DNA of 62,513 bases, counting the filler, from Choristocarpus tenellus KU-1152 (taxonomy: Eukaryota > Protista > Phaeophyceae): NCBI GenBank assembly GCA_964200185.2. It is 13 parts of 13 records of this genome, joined end to end, with 100 filler letters (N's around TTAATTAATTAA, not from the genome) between each part and the next. Parts side by side here need not be neighbours in the genome. Positions count along the whole stretch, not along the records: positions 11,558 to 15,769 come from CAXNAD020015665.1; positions 15,870 to 18,778 come from CAXNAD020023724.1; positions 18,879 to 21,705 come from CAXNAD020024399.1; positions 21,806 to 25,059 come from CAXNAD020021243.1; positions 25,160 to 28,281 come from CAXNAD020022171.1; 8 more parts are not named here. The stretch is one strand, 5' to 3'. Made by a program: the position numbers and the translations under genes. The notes under the pieces are model-generated. The model had not been told where the DNA came from. It worked only from the letters and a program-made list of their open reading frames with translations, and searched no databases. Numbering within the stretch: the stretch's first letter is position 1; each line of letters begins with the position of its first letter. Below are positions 13,334-25,793 of this stretch, in pieces.

Positions 13334-15769
13334 TCAACACAGTTTGAAACGTGACCTGCTCCTCTTCAGTACCTCCGCCCCCCTTTCCTGCCCCTCCTCA
13401 CACCAACCCAATTCAAAGTGCCCACCCTCCCACTGTACCTGTAGCTGCACTGTCGAGCGAAGATCCCACTCCATATCTTCCGCTTTTGCAGGCTTCAATG
13501 CCCTCGGTCTCATCTCAAGCGGGGCATCCCAATCAATACCATCATTCTCCGAGACCCTCCCCCCACCCTGCCCCCTTGACTGACCCCTCATGTCCCGCTC
13601 CTCCTCAGCCTTTGCCTCCTCCCCCCCATTTCTTTTCCCTGGCTTTGCTTCCTCTCCTCGACCGCCCCCTCCACCAACAGCTGCATCAACCACTGACACA
13701 GCAGCAGCCGCCGCCGCCGCCGCCGCTGCCCCTGCTGCCCCTGCTGCTCCCACTGCTACAGCCCCCGCCGCCCCTGCAGCAGCAGCAGCCCCAGCTGCAG
13801 CTGCGGCAGCTAAGCTACCAACATCTGGTGCTGTCACCTCTGCTCCTACGGTGTCATTCAGTGCAAGGTCATCAAGGTACTGCAGGGTAAGGTTCCTTCC
13901 CTTCCCATCATCGTCTTGCTGGGGCTGCTTTGAGGCCTCTTCCAATTCAGCTGCAGCAACAGCCGCAGCAGCCGCAGCTGAGTTTGCTGCTGCCACAGGG
14001 CTCTCTGATATGAGGGCAGCAGCAGCAGCAGCCTCAGCAAGAGTGGAAGCTGCAGTGTTGCTGGTTGGGGTGGTGGCAGGGACAGGGTTGGTCTCAGAAG
14101 TGATGTTGAGGGGAAGGGGGGAGGCGCCACCAAACGAAAAGCGATTCCCTCGGAACAAGGCTGCACGCATGAGCTCACGCATTGCTGTCTCAACCTGCAA
14201 GAGTTACATCAAGTAGTTTGGAAGGGTTTGAGGGCTTTTGTGCAAGGAGCGATTCGTAAGATGCTTGCCGGTGCTCTTTTGATTGGGTTCTCCAGCACCT
14301 CATTCTCTTATTGTGTTTATGATCTGTTCCAGGAATCCAAAGAACAAGAATCCACAAAACAAATCTAAAAATTCGGGCATCAGAATTTTCCAATTTTGAA
14401 GCCCCCCTTTCACTCACCTGTATTCGCGGGTCATAACCCCTCCCTCCCCGAGGAGCAGATTCTTCCCCTACCCCTGCCTCTGAACCCTTCACGGACATTC
14501 TGCTCCTTGAATGTGACTTGTCATCCTCCGCCTCACGATCTCCTGCAGAATCTGGGGATGGCACAGCCTGGACCTGAGCGGCAGGTGCAGCCACGTCTGA
14601 CCCCAGCTCTGTTACCTCATCCACGTTATTCTCAGGAAAGAAATTGAAAATGCTCCATCCCACTTCTGCTGCCTGCACTGTTGTGTTCCCTTTGGCCTTA
14701 CTCACTTTTCCCCCCATCACCCTGGCTGTTTGATGATCACCTGCTTTCTGAGCTGACAGGTCTTCAGTCGTACGCATCTTTTCATCCAAGAGAGCTGTTT
14801 CCCTAGCACTCCCTATGCCTACTTCGTTCACCCCTTCAGCCGTGGTCACAGATTTTGCTGCCACCGCAGCCTGTGCAGCAAGCTTATTCAAGCCTGTGTC
14901 CACGTCAGGGAGCAGTGGTGGAGCATTCATCCCGGAGGCACGCTGTAACAGCAGCCAAAGCTTTGCACGGCGCGTTACGACCCCAGCTCCTAGTAGCGGT
15001 CCCCTTCCTCCTCTACCTCCTCCTCCTCCTCCATTCTTCTCCACTCTGCGTTTCCTTTCCTCTGGGGCACTCTGCTTGAGGTAAGGAGGACTGGCCGCCG
15101 ATTGTCCCTGCTCACCCAATGACCCCAGCTGTGGTACCCGAACAGTCAAGGGAGGGGCGTCGTAAGTATTGGCTTTTTCGCGCACATCTTTTATCCTCTT
15201 CAAGGGAGAATGAAGCGGAAGTCTGGACAGCCCACTTGCCAAGGGACGCACAAGACCAGCCCCAATACTTGCTGCAGCCGCAGCCACCCCAAGGTGTGGC
15301 ACTCCACGGCGCTTCCATGTGGGGCGGACTGGGCTCTCCACGGAGGACTCATGGAGCTTGTCATCAGCCCACTTTCCAACACGATCCTCCATTGCTTCAG
15401 CCTCCACTTTCTTCTCTCGCCCAAAGCCCAACAGCTTGAGGCGGAGGGCTAGTCTTCCAACCCTTTCCACCAGTCTCAAACTCTCACCCCCATCTTTGCC
15501 ACTGTCCTCACCCCAAATAAGTCCCATTGGTACTGGTGTCGGTGCTGCAGTCTGTATCTGAGGCAGCTCCCCTGCCTTTGCAGCACCCAGATCCCGCCAC
15601 TCAGGTTCTGGATCTGCATTTTCCTCCTTTTGCCTAAACCGCTGCCCTTGCTGTCGAGCAAGGATGGGCCTTCTCCAGTGAAGAGGAGAACGAAAAAACG
15701 TCTTTGGGGCTGGAGTAGCAGGGGCGTGCTCATTGCCAACCGGTGAGGCAGAGTCTCGACCCCTGAACT
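13334..15769 (-). CDS. Hypothetical low-complexity (Ala/Gly/Glu-rich) protein, internal exons, 5' truncated
   Basis: Frame open from the contig edge at 15769 to 14418. A phase-0 intron 14417-14195 (CAG|GTGAGT ... TTGCAG|GTT) joins DPRIQ to VETAMRELMRAALFRG. The next exon runs 14194 to about 13373 or 13334. A further exon near 12607-12416 is possible. No family recognised. Confidence 0.65.
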
Positions 15770-15869
15770 NNNNNNNNNNNNNNNNNNNNNNNNNNNNNNN
15801 NNNNNNNNNNNNNTTAATTAATTAANNNNNNNNNNNNNNNNNNNNNNNNNNNNNNNNNNNNNNNNNNNN
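15770..15869. other. Artificial contig spacer
   Basis: 44 N + TTAATTAATTAA + 44 N. Confidence 0.98.
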
Positions 15870-16336
15870 CCCTCCCCTCCCCTCCCCCCACCCTTAACAC
15901 AACCTGCTTGCATGCCGCCTGGATAATCGATGTTTACGAGCCTTGTGCTGAAGTGTTGCACTTGACACACTACTCTTGATGTATCTGCTGTAAGAATCAT
16001 CGCCTCCCTCGCTTTGTTCTTGGACCAGAAATAGCACTCCGTTGCTTTGAAGTGAATGAATGTATGCTGCACTACTACCGGGGTCTCTGTAGCCACACCG
16101 TGCTAGCTACTTTTGTTGTTGTTGTTGTTGTTGTGATTGATGATATCAGTCTTCTTACACTCGAGAAGATCCTATTGTGGTGTTCATGAAGAGGGTATGG
16201 TATCTATTCTGTGATAGGCGACAGGAAAAACATTTTTTTTATTTTTCAGAAAAGAGGCGTTCATCGCGTCATCCTAATCTCATCATGCTCGAGTCGTGCA
16301 TTAAGAATGGAACCATTGATTGAGTAAGGTTTACAT

Positions 16337-16420
16337 ACAGGGTTCATTGCGTAAGGGTTACAGGGTTCATTGCATTGGGGTTACAGGGTCCATTGCATTG
16401 GGGTTACAGGATTCATCGCA
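16337..16420. repeat. Minisatellite, about 23-bp unit x3-4
   Basis: Variants of GGGTTACAGGGTTCATTGCATTG. Confidence 0.8.
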
Positions 16421-16648
16421 TGATCATAGGCAAAAATAGAGTCCACCGACAAGCTGCATCCTTTTCTTTTTTTTTTCGTAGCGAACAGGTAGAGGAGGAC
16501 GACGGTAACTTCAAACGTGAACTTGCCACTGCCCTTCCACGAGCTTAAAACCTACCCACTGTCCAACTGCGTTCTTGGACTGTACTCCGCGGCCCCTTGA
16601 TCTTGTACAAACAATGCTTCCTGCCGCCTTGCTGAACCTCTTCTTCAG

Positions 16649-18592
16649 GGGCTTAGCAAGGACTTGTGGAAAGTTGACATCTTGACGTGCCCGGATCATT
16701 GTTCCGGAGACACGCCTTGGAAGAGTTGCCGGTGCACCTGCGACATGGACGCCATAGGGGATACTTCGCCCTATGATGTGAGGGTTAGGGCCTAGGCGGG
16801 CATGTATGTAGTCGGTGCTGTGCTTTGTGTAGAGGGATCGTTGGGACAGTGGGAACACGGGGTGCGAGTCGGTGGGTGCATTGGTGACCCTGCGCGGGTG
16901 TGTGCCTATCAAGATGGGTAGGGTGTGGTTGTAGCAACTAGGGCATTTAAGTCGATTGTGCCAATCTGGGTTTCAGTTCCGGTGTCGGAAGCGGGGTGAG
17001 ATTCGAGAGATGTGCCTGCTGCAGCAGCTGTTGGAGAGGTCTCTCATTTGCGTGGTTCTTTTTTTTTTTTAAATTGGGTTTTGGGTTTTTGATAGGTAGA
17101 GGTGAGGTGAGGTGAGGTGAGTTGAGGAAGAATTGAATGCATTACGTACTGATTTTGTTGATCTACCTACATATACGTGTATATATATATATATGCGGAG
17201 AGCAGGAGAGCACAGCTGCTTCGTGTCTTGAGTTGTTTTTTTTTATAGATTTTTTTTTTTAGTTGAGAATGCTAGAGTGGTAGAGAGGTATTTTATGGTA
17301 CTTTTACTGGTAAGAAGAAGTAGTAAGATGAGAATAGAATCGACTTAAAATCTGTGAGAATTGATGCTAGGGTTTCAATAATAATAAGCGTAACTGTTTG
17401 GGTATTTTGCTCCTTCAATGTACCTGTTTCTGTGGTACTGGGTCACGTGTGTATGTATGGCTTCAACAATTGTTTTTCTGTCCTGCCTTGACACTTCCCA
17501 AGGTGTTGAAAACTTCAGGTGTGCTTAAGAAGGTGGAACTTAGAGATGCAGAGGGGAATATAGTTATTCCATTCAACAGCGATGAGGTGAGAAGTACCTT
17601 CCTTCCCCCCCTGCCGTCTTGCCCTGCTGCACTCTTGATCTTGATACATCTAGGGGTCCCCTTTTGCCTAGATTGTTATTCCCCTGCCTCTCTTGCCGTT
17701 TTATTGGTACTGGAGTGGGTAGAGGCGAACACGTGGATGAACCTGTGGCATGCCCATGGCATGGATAGTGTTTGTGTGTAGATAGATCAACATGAGTTGG
17801 AGCACATACGTGTGTGTCAAAGCACTATTACTATCTAAAGAAAAACTGCTAAGCAATGCATTGGTACAAGTGGTTCATCCAAAAGACAAAAAATCATAGC
17901 AATTAACCCGAATTATGATTTTTCTATTTTAAGAAGTTATCAGGTATCCACTAGGTGAAGATATTTTTGACAACTTCGATTTTTCAGGATTGGCGGTGTC
18001 CTGATCTGAACAGAGAGCTGAACTAGTTGGTAAGGGAGATGGCGAACAAGGTTTGATAGTTTTTGATGAGAACTTTTTTTTTTTCTTGTTGGGGGGGTAT
18101 GTATGGGAATTGAGGGATTGTGTGGTTCACGCCTGCGACCCTCAAGTGTACCTGGCATTCTGTATGCATGGGTGCTGTTGTGTAATGGTTGGTATATGTA
18201 CCACTCTCCCTGTTCATGCAGACACCTGGGGTGTCTTCCAGTTGTTGGTATGATCTGGAAGGCGTTTTGAATTGCTGTCATTTCTCCTGCCTGAAGTCTG
18301 CGGGAAATGTTGTAATATTTCTGAAAACCCTTAGCTAAAAATACATCAATCTGCCGTAGTGGATGATTAACCCTAACCCTGATTCCGACACGTAACCACT
18401 CTCTAACTTTCTTTAGCGCTCATTATGTATTCAGAATCCCACTACACTCCCTGGGCTAACTGAGGAGGAGAGCCAGGAGGTATTCAGATCTCTGCTGGGT
18501 GTGCTATGTTCCCCTGGTCACATTGGAACCATGTTCCAGGCTACCAGCACAGATGACATCACTTTCTGGGTTCTTCACCCTACAGTAGACAG
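16649..18592 (+). CDS. Tyrosinase-like (type-3 di-copper) protein, three internal exons
   Basis: Exons 16649-16777, 17503-17586 and 18435-18592, joined by phase-0 GT-AG introns. They give GLSKDLWKVDILTCPDHCSGDTPWKSCRCTC...GHIGTMFQATSTDDITFWVLHPTVDR. The last part matches the tyrosinase CuB end motif (S-x-x-D-P-x-F-x3-H-x3-D-R, with I in place of P). Confidence 0.78.
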
Positions 18593-18647
18593 GTCATGAA
18601 TGAAGGGGATATTTAAGGGAGGGGATGAGCATCAGTTGATAGGTGAT

Positions 18648-18701
18648 ACCAAATCACGCCAAAAAAGTCAAAATCGAAAAAAGGGTGAAAAACGGACGCC
18701 G

Positions 18702-18751
<50 letters not shown>
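18648..18751 (+). mobile_element. MITE family A, degenerate terminal fragment ending in poly-C
   Basis: ACCAAATCAC...GTGAAAAACGGACGCCGAC-Cn, whose end is the reverse complement of about 11430-11457. Confidence 0.55.
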
Positions 18752-18755
<4 letters not shown>

Positions 18756-18778
18756 CCTCTTCCTCAGCTTGGCGTATA

Positions 18779-18878
18779 NNNNNNNNNNNNNNNNNNNNNN
18801 NNNNNNNNNNNNNNNNNNNNNNTTAATTAATTAANNNNNNNNNNNNNNNNNNNNNNNNNNNNNNNNNNNNNNNNNNNN
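18779..18878. other. Artificial contig spacer
   Basis: 44 N + TTAATTAATTAA + 44 N. Confidence 0.98.
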
Positions 18879-18970
18879 ACCACATTATGTAATAAAACAT
18901 TCCCAACAAAAAATCAACCCCCCCCCCCCCCCCCCCACCCCCCATCCCCCCACCCCCTCCCAACCCATAC

Positions 18971-21705
18971 CTGATCAATGGGTATCCCTTTCTCCCTTGC
19001 CTCATCCGCGTAAGCCAGCTCCAGTCGCTCCTTCACCTTTGACTCTATGGTTGCACTTAGGGGGCCATGGGGCAAGTCCTTCCCACCCAACTTCAGCGCC
19101 GTCTGGTTGAGATTTCCAGACCTTGAGAAGGCATTAGTACCAGGAAAAAAACTTAGTACACAGTACACAAACACGTAAGTAATGAACCTCATCAACACCA
19201 GCAAGAGCAGGCCTATTTGATAACAAACAAAAATGCAGAGGAGTTCAAGCTGGAGAAACAGGCGGATATATATATATATATACTTGTGAGGATATCAGAC
19301 AACTAACACAATTCTCACAAAGAACACTACTAAATTCACACAAATTTATGTCCTCTCCCCCTCCCCCTCCTCCTCCTCCCCATCAAGATTGCACCACACG
19401 GTACACTCACTGACGCCTGGTGCTAAGCACGCAGTGAGGACAATAGTAGCTAGCCTGATCATGAGTATTCTTCCGGCCATTAAACAGTGCACAGATCTGG
19501 TGAACCCAAAGCTTGCACATATCACACTCCACCCATGGCTCCTGAAAATACAACAGACATATATACAGACAGACAGGCAGGCAGACAGACAGACAGACAG
19601 ACAGACAACAAAGATGCACAAAAATAATTAAGATTGTGTACAGAGGAATTGTAGGCATGGCAATGCAACGATGGGGGTTATCAGCACAACAGATAAAAAA
19701 AACTTTTCATTTGAAAATAGCAAAAAAAAATGTAGTACAAAAAAATAACAAAAAACAAAAAACTAGTAACTTCAACATGCATGACTCGACAAGAGCTGTT
19801 AATCTCACACACAGGGTCAAGACTGCCGCCTTCGACAGAGGTATGCTGTTAATATGATGGAATGGGGGGGAGGGGGAGGTGGTGGTGCAGCGATAATGCA
19901 ATGGGCACCTCGACTCTTCCTACAAAGATCACCAAGAAGCAAAAATTACTCTCACTCTCTCTCCTCCCACTCTCTCTCCTCTCACTCTCTCTCCTCTCAC
20001 TCTCTCTCCTCTCACTCTCTCTCTCTCTTTCTCACTCTTTCTCACATACACACACTCTCTTTCTAATGGCTGTGTAGGACAACCCTAACCCTAACCCTAA
20101 TCGAAAACAATAACATGAGAGGAACCATCCACTCAAAACCGGACTAACCCTAACCCTACAGTGTACAGTCAAGAGAAAACCTACATCCTTCACCCTAACC
20201 CTAACCCTACTCAACTGAAACATTAACTTACTCGAATACATATTCATATCCCCGCACAACCTCACCCTACAAATTACAATATTTCAAGACAAGACCCTAA
20301 CCCTAACCCCAACCCTACCCCCCTTACCTGAAACCAAGGTCACCGCTATCCCTTACCCTAAACAAAAATATTACACACTTTCCACAATAAAACTCTCCAA
20401 AACCCTAACCCCATTTCAGTCAAAGTCTTAGCTTATCCTCACACCCAACCTCATAACCACAACCCTAACAATCACAAGAACAGTAACCTAACAATCATCT
20501 GAATGATAATAGTAATAATAATAAAAACAAAAAAAATAGTACCTAACCAACAGTCAAAAAGTGGCATCATACTCCAGTACCTTACCTCTGCCTGTTCATC
20601 ATTCTTCTTTTTCTTCAAATCAGATTTTCTCACTGCCGTCTCAGCAAGAGCAATAATCTCCCCATCCTTGAGGTCATTGTAGCAGCTCTGCAAAAAAAAA
20701 GAAAACACACAATACAAACGTATATAAATAAATATATACATACATAGTTTTCCACAAATGCATATAAACATTAAAACTAATCAGGAACACGCCTGCGGTA
20801 ATAATAACACAAACGTAACAACAAAATAGTACAATAAAAAAAAGTTCAGAAACTCAAGGGAAAAAAAATGTATATATATAGACAAAGAAATAGAATACAT
20901 CCAACAATTACAGTTACACCATGCAGTTGACAACACAAACATCAAACTACTGCAAGGTTAGCATCAACACCACTTATACAAAATATAAAATAACACAACC
21001 CCCCCCCCCCCGGCAACAGATGAACATCGACCCTCCCTGGAACGGTCTTAAGAGTCCCTCAGCACCAACCCAATCGCATGTCCACACCATACAAACTCCA
21101 GCAAGCATTTCACCCACAGCACCAGCAGAACAGAAAAACCTCTACAACAACCAACACACACAAACACAAACACACGCTCTTTAAAAAAAAAAAAATGATC
21201 AAGTCAACACAAGTATCACAGACTTCTCTTAACAATATCAATAAAATAAAATAAAATAAATAAATACAGAATTAATTCAGCCAACACAGTTATCACAGGC
21301 TTTTTCCAACAATATCAATAAAATAAAAATAAATAAATACAGAATTAATTCAGCCAACACAATCATCACAGACTTTTTCCAATAATATCAATAAAATAAA
21401 ATAAATAAATACAAAATTAATTCAGTCAACACAAGCATCAGACTTCTCCAAATAAAATATCAATAAAAAATTAAATAAAAATGCCCCCAAAGTGTATCCT
21501 CCTCCTCCTCCTCCTCCCTTGCCTGGCACCAGTGCCACTGGTTCGAACCCGCCGCGTGGTAGAAGTAGGAGTTCCTCCTAATCCTCTTGCCATTGCAGTG
21601 AGGACCATTGCAGTAGTACGTAAGAGGCTCGTAAGTGAGGGAGTGGAAGCCGCAGAGGTTACAGGCTTCGCCACGGGCCTTGCGCTGCTGCTCGTCGTTC
21701 TGTAC
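18971..21705 (-). CDS. CBP/p300-family (plant HAC-like, KAT3) histone acetyltransferase: Cys-rich/PHD region and start of HAT domain, partial
   Basis: Exons 21705-21523, 20687-20586, 19541-19411 and 19121-18971 (intron phases 0, 0, 2). They give [36 protein letters not shown]...HWCQ|SCYNDLK...[10 protein letters not shown]|[25 protein letters not shown]...YYCPHC...[22 protein letters not shown]. [19 protein letters not shown] is the HAC PHD signature. Confidence 0.92.
19950..20062. repeat. CT-rich simple repeat (CTCACTCTCTCTCCT-like 15-mer) in HAT intron
   Basis: Directly visible tandem units. Confidence 0.85.
20082..20468. repeat. Interspersed telomere-like (CCCTAA)n clusters in HAT intron
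   Basis: At least five short CCCTAA runs separated by unique sequence. Confidence 0.8.
21203..21470. repeat. AT-rich minisatellite, about 75-bp unit x3.5
   Basis: Recurring ATCACAGACTT...CAATATCAATAAAATAAAA...CAGAATTAATTCAGCCAACACA. Confidence 0.85.
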
Positions 21706-21805
21706 NNNNNNNNNNNNNNNNNNNNNNNNNNNNNNNNNNNNNNNNNNNNTTAATTAATTAANNNNNNNNNNNNNNNNNNNNNNNNNNNNNNNNNNNNNNN
21801 NNNNN
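21706..21805. other. Artificial contig spacer
   Basis: 44 N + TTAATTAATTAA + 44 N. Confidence 0.98.
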
Positions 21806-23051
21806 CCCCCAGATGCTTGGATCAGCTATTTGATCCTCCTCCTCTTTTCCGCCCAGGACAGTCCCAATGAGGTTTACCCTGCTGCACACCACCGTGCTCC
21901 TTGCCCTCTGGAGTTATTCCATCAAAACTACATCTACATGATGAAGTTTCCCTGTTACAGGCTATACATCTTGATGGCGGTTTCATAAACACCATAATGA
22001 CCTTGAAGTCCTAGATTTGATATATTTGTACATTTTGACTATTTATTTATCATTTAGTTATTTTCGTACGTTTAGATGGTATATCGTTGTCAGTCCCTTT
22101 TTATATGATGATGTTGACCATACTTACGAAGGGAATAGTCCAAGTGAGAGATCCAGCATACTTGAAGACTTGTGCATCAGGAGTCCTTTGCAGGCACCAT
22201 CGTCACCTATAGGCTTGTGGACTGGAACTGTACGTCCTGTGGAGATAAACTTCTGGAGTGTGTTGTAACATGGAGGTAATTCCCTCCCCCATGGCCCCCT
22301 CTTCCTACCCACACACAGCTCTGGTGTGAAGAGGCTTGCTGTACCGAAAGTGTGAAGTACGGAAGGAAGGTCTACTATGACTGTGGGAAGTGAGTTTTAC
22401 AGGAGTACTCGACAAGATTGTTGCTCAAAAGGGTTATGACAACACTTCTGTCTGAGAGTGAAAATAAGTGGACAAGTAGAATATACTGCGGACGAAGTGT
22501 TGAAAAAAACATTCCTGTGATGTGAGATACAGGGACCAACCATAAAGCAAGAAGAGTGTATTGTTGCAAGGGACGCCCAAAGGAGGAACATTTTCGCCAC
22601 ATGATTCGTCTTAGGAAAGCGTACGAACAGAGTAACACAAATGAAGCGTAGACCACACTCTCACACTCCCAACTCGGTCCCCAGGTTGTCTTGCTTTGCA
22701 GAGAAGATCCTGCAGCTCCTCTTGCCAACGTTTTCCACATATGTTGGAAGATCCGAAGAAGAGAAGTCCTTGCCCCCGCACACCCACTAGACCCTGACAA
22801 ACACCCTCACGATGTTCATTTTGCGTGGGATGAGATAGGTTTGCGAATTAGTTTTTTAGGATGATTGCCCACAAATTCACTTTCTGACACCTCCGCCAGG
22901 ACCTCATTGCACTGGGAACAATGCTTGCAAACAGAGGGGTAAACAGCACAAGACTGCCAAGAAATATCAGCCACTGAGGGTACGTGGTGCAAACTAAACC
23001 CAATATCCCAATGTCTCACGTGTAGCACCAGGTGCGAGGAAACACGTTAAC

Positions 23052-23179
23052 CCCTAAAGGATGTCTCTCAGTAACATTATACCAATGCCAAGAGATTGCG
23101 CAGCTCGCCGTCGTGCCCTAAAGGATGTCTCTCAGTAACATCATACCAATGCCAAGAGATTGCGCAGCTCGCCGTCGTG
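23052..23179. repeat. Tandem duplication, 64 bp x2
   Basis: CCCTAAAGGATGTCTCTCAGTAACA...CTCGCCGTCGTG at 23052 and 23116, one mismatch. Confidence 0.95.
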
Positions 23180-24244
23180 TAATGCAAGGCAGGGTTACAT
23201 TTTGTTTGGAGGTTCCTTTCATCACGAGTCAAAAAGGCCCATGCAACAAACGTGAACAGCCCTCCACCCCACCCTTAGGGTGTCCATTTGTGATTTGATC
23301 AGTCGCACTCTGCTTCACAAGTGTAATATTGATCGTTATCAGTTGACGTCAAGCAGTGTTTATTGTAACTAACAAAATTTGCATACAATATATTGCATAC
23401 TATACACAGATGCGTGAACATTAGAATAATTCATAAAAAAAGGCAAGCATTTTATACAATATTATTTGGATCTAATTGTGCTTGTAATAAAAATTAGTAA
23501 AGACAAATTACAGAACAAGCATGACATATATTCAATAGTTTAAAAAAATATATTGAAATTATTTATTTTTCTCTAACTAGCATAAAATATTTTTAATAAC
23601 TTTTGTCAAAATCTGAGATTTTAAAACAATTAGGAGTGTTGTTTAGTAGTCGATATTCTGTAAATATGCATAGCGATATACTTGACACTCCTGAGTTTTT
23701 TTGGAGAAGACTAGATACGAACCTATATATTTAATGACTGTAGAATTTCAAGATATTAGAACTAGACAAGAAATATTAAAAAACCACCTAAATCTTATAC
23801 AGGAATTGTACAATATACTAATTACTGTCTTCAGATCTTTATCATAAGTACTCAAGTCGTCTTGAAATGGTAATCATTATATTAATAGCTATTGAACTAT
23901 CGACAGATGTTCTCCCTTCCCTTCCACCTGTAGTCCCCAACCATTTTTCCTAACATTACTTCGAGGGATGATTCACCCAGGAGGCGATTTGTTTGGTAAT
24001 GAAATATGCTCCTGGCAATATTATACTTCCAAGTACAAAACTAGTGTTACAATGTACAGGGGAAATCTCCTGTCTTCAGGAGACCCCACTGTCCTTGGGG
24101 ACCCCCCACTATCATACTCTTTCACTTCTTCACACACGCATTTGAAAACCTAACACTATCTCTAACCCCATCCCCAACCCTAACTAGTGCCTGGAAATCA
24201 TCCCTAACCAGCCAAGGAAACATAATAGAAGTGGTGAAGGAGTA

Positions 24245-24500
24245 GAGTAAACGTATCTTAGAGGTTATGAGTTTTGCCCTGTTTGTCCATTTGGTTGGCT
24301 TTCCATGTTTTTTTTTATGGCATTTTACTACTCCAAAATGTCTAGGAGTAGGTAAGGTGGATCTGTTATGAAAAGGTGTGTCCGGAACATGGATATTGAC
24401 ACTTCCTAGCAAACACGATAGCCCAAGTTACATCAAAATTGCAACATCGGATTTTGGTCCCCAAATGGACGCGGCTCTACCCTCTAAGATACTTTGTCTC
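24245..24500. mobile_element. MITE family B, full copy (about 255 bp)
   Basis: TIR GAGTAAACGTATCTTAGAGG ... CCTCTAAGATACTTTGTCTC, with AGTA on both flanks. Confidence 0.8.
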
Positions 24501-24607
24501 AGTATTGTGTGCACCGTGGAACCACAACCTCTCAAGGATCCAACACTTTCACTTTTTCACACTCTTTTTCGATAATCTAACTTCAATGGTAACCCGAATG
24601 AGCGAAC

Positions 24608-24837
24608 GTAAAGGAGAGGTACCCAGGTTTTGGGCGTTTTGCATTTAAAGCCATTTTTCCTCTTTTTCGTAATTCGCCAAAATTTCTATAAATGAATTGC
24701 TAAATTTGACTTAAGACTGTTGATTTATCTGCTGTCTGAAAATTTCAGACAGTATTTTGAAAAGATCCTATAAGAGAAAAAAAATGCACAGATTTGTAAC
24801 CATCCTTAAAATGCAACTCTGAGTACCTCTCGTTTAC
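24608..24837. repeat. Small inverted-repeat-bounded element (possible MITE)
   Basis: GTAAAGGAGAGGTACCCAG vs CTGAGTACCTCTCGTTTAC, 17/19 complementary. Single copy in the window. Confidence 0.45.
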
Positions 24838-25059
24838 TTTGAACCATAACCCTTTTTCTCGTCCTAACCTGTGTGTGGAAAATAACCCTAAGAAGCTAAA
24901 AAAGTATGACAGTGGGAGATTTACTCCAAGGATTGTGAGGGCTCTCCCTTGTGTACTGCAGTGTTTTGCAGTACAAAATTGGTGCAGTGCACAGGGGAAT
25001 CTCCTTGTCTTTGAGAACCCCCATTGTCCGTGGGGAGCCCCCAGTGTAATATTTTTCCC

Positions 25060-25159
25060 NNNNNNNNNNNNNNNNNNNNNNNNNNNNNNNNNNNNNNNNN
25101 NNNTTAATTAATTAANNNNNNNNNNNNNNNNNNNNNNNNNNNNNNNNNNNNNNNNNNNN
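25060..25159. other. Artificial contig spacer
   Basis: 44 N + TTAATTAATTAA + 44 N. Confidence 0.98.
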
Positions 25160-25315
25160 CCCCCCAGATACTTTGGGTCATTATGAAATGAATTATCCGA
25201 AACAAGGATGTCGACATCTGCTAGCAAACATGATAGCCAAGACTACATCAAAATGGCAACATTGGATTTTGGCACCGAAATGAACACGAATCTACACTCT
25301 AAGATACGTTTGCTC
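25160..25315. mobile_element. MITE family A end (25160-25179) abutting a family B half (about 25197-25315)
   Basis: CAGATACTTTGGGTC, then ...CAACATTGGATTTTGG...CTCTAAGATACGTTTGCTC. Confidence 0.65.
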
Positions 25316-25612
25316 ACCGATATGATTCCGCATTCCCTGAGACTATTGATGCTTGTTGCGTCGAATGCTCGGCAAAATTTCTCCAAGTCCTCGACGAATG
25401 ATATTTTCAGCATTTGACTAAGTATCGTGGAATGGAGTTCCCCCTATGATTTAATCAGGTTGCAGTCTTCTCCTGGTACCCTCGTTCCAGAAACCCCTCC
25501 TACATCATGGGAAGATCACGAGAAGGCCTTGATTAATGAGTTTACCTCCGCCCCTGCTGTGAGCGCTTCGGTCCCAAAATGTTACCATTAGGACGTACTG
25601 TTGGACTATGGT

Positions 25613-25793
25613 GATTCAAGTATCTGAAGGGGGGGGGAGGGAGGAGGTCTACCCCAGACTGTCATTCAAGCCCTGACCAGGAGAAGTGCACTTATATTAT
25701 CCATCCGACGTATGCAACCAAATCACCCAAAAATGGCGACATGGAAAAGTTGGCACCGAATACCCAGCACCCCCCCCCCAGATACTTTGGCTC
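25613..25793 (+). mobile_element. MITE family A copy
   Basis: Internal CCCTGACCAGGAGAAGTGCACTT...TGCAACCAAATCACC; ends AGATACTTTGGCTC. Confidence 0.78.

Noticed and set aside
13590-14216. 208-aa Ala-rich plus-strand ORF (also 13351-13890)
   Set aside because: Antisense shadow of the GCN-rich minus-strand exon, which has valid splice sites.
22120-22800. Possible decayed retroelement or chromodomain
   Set aside because: No frame gives a diagnostic motif. The same holds for about 25870-26600, 43560-44460 and 60400-61200.
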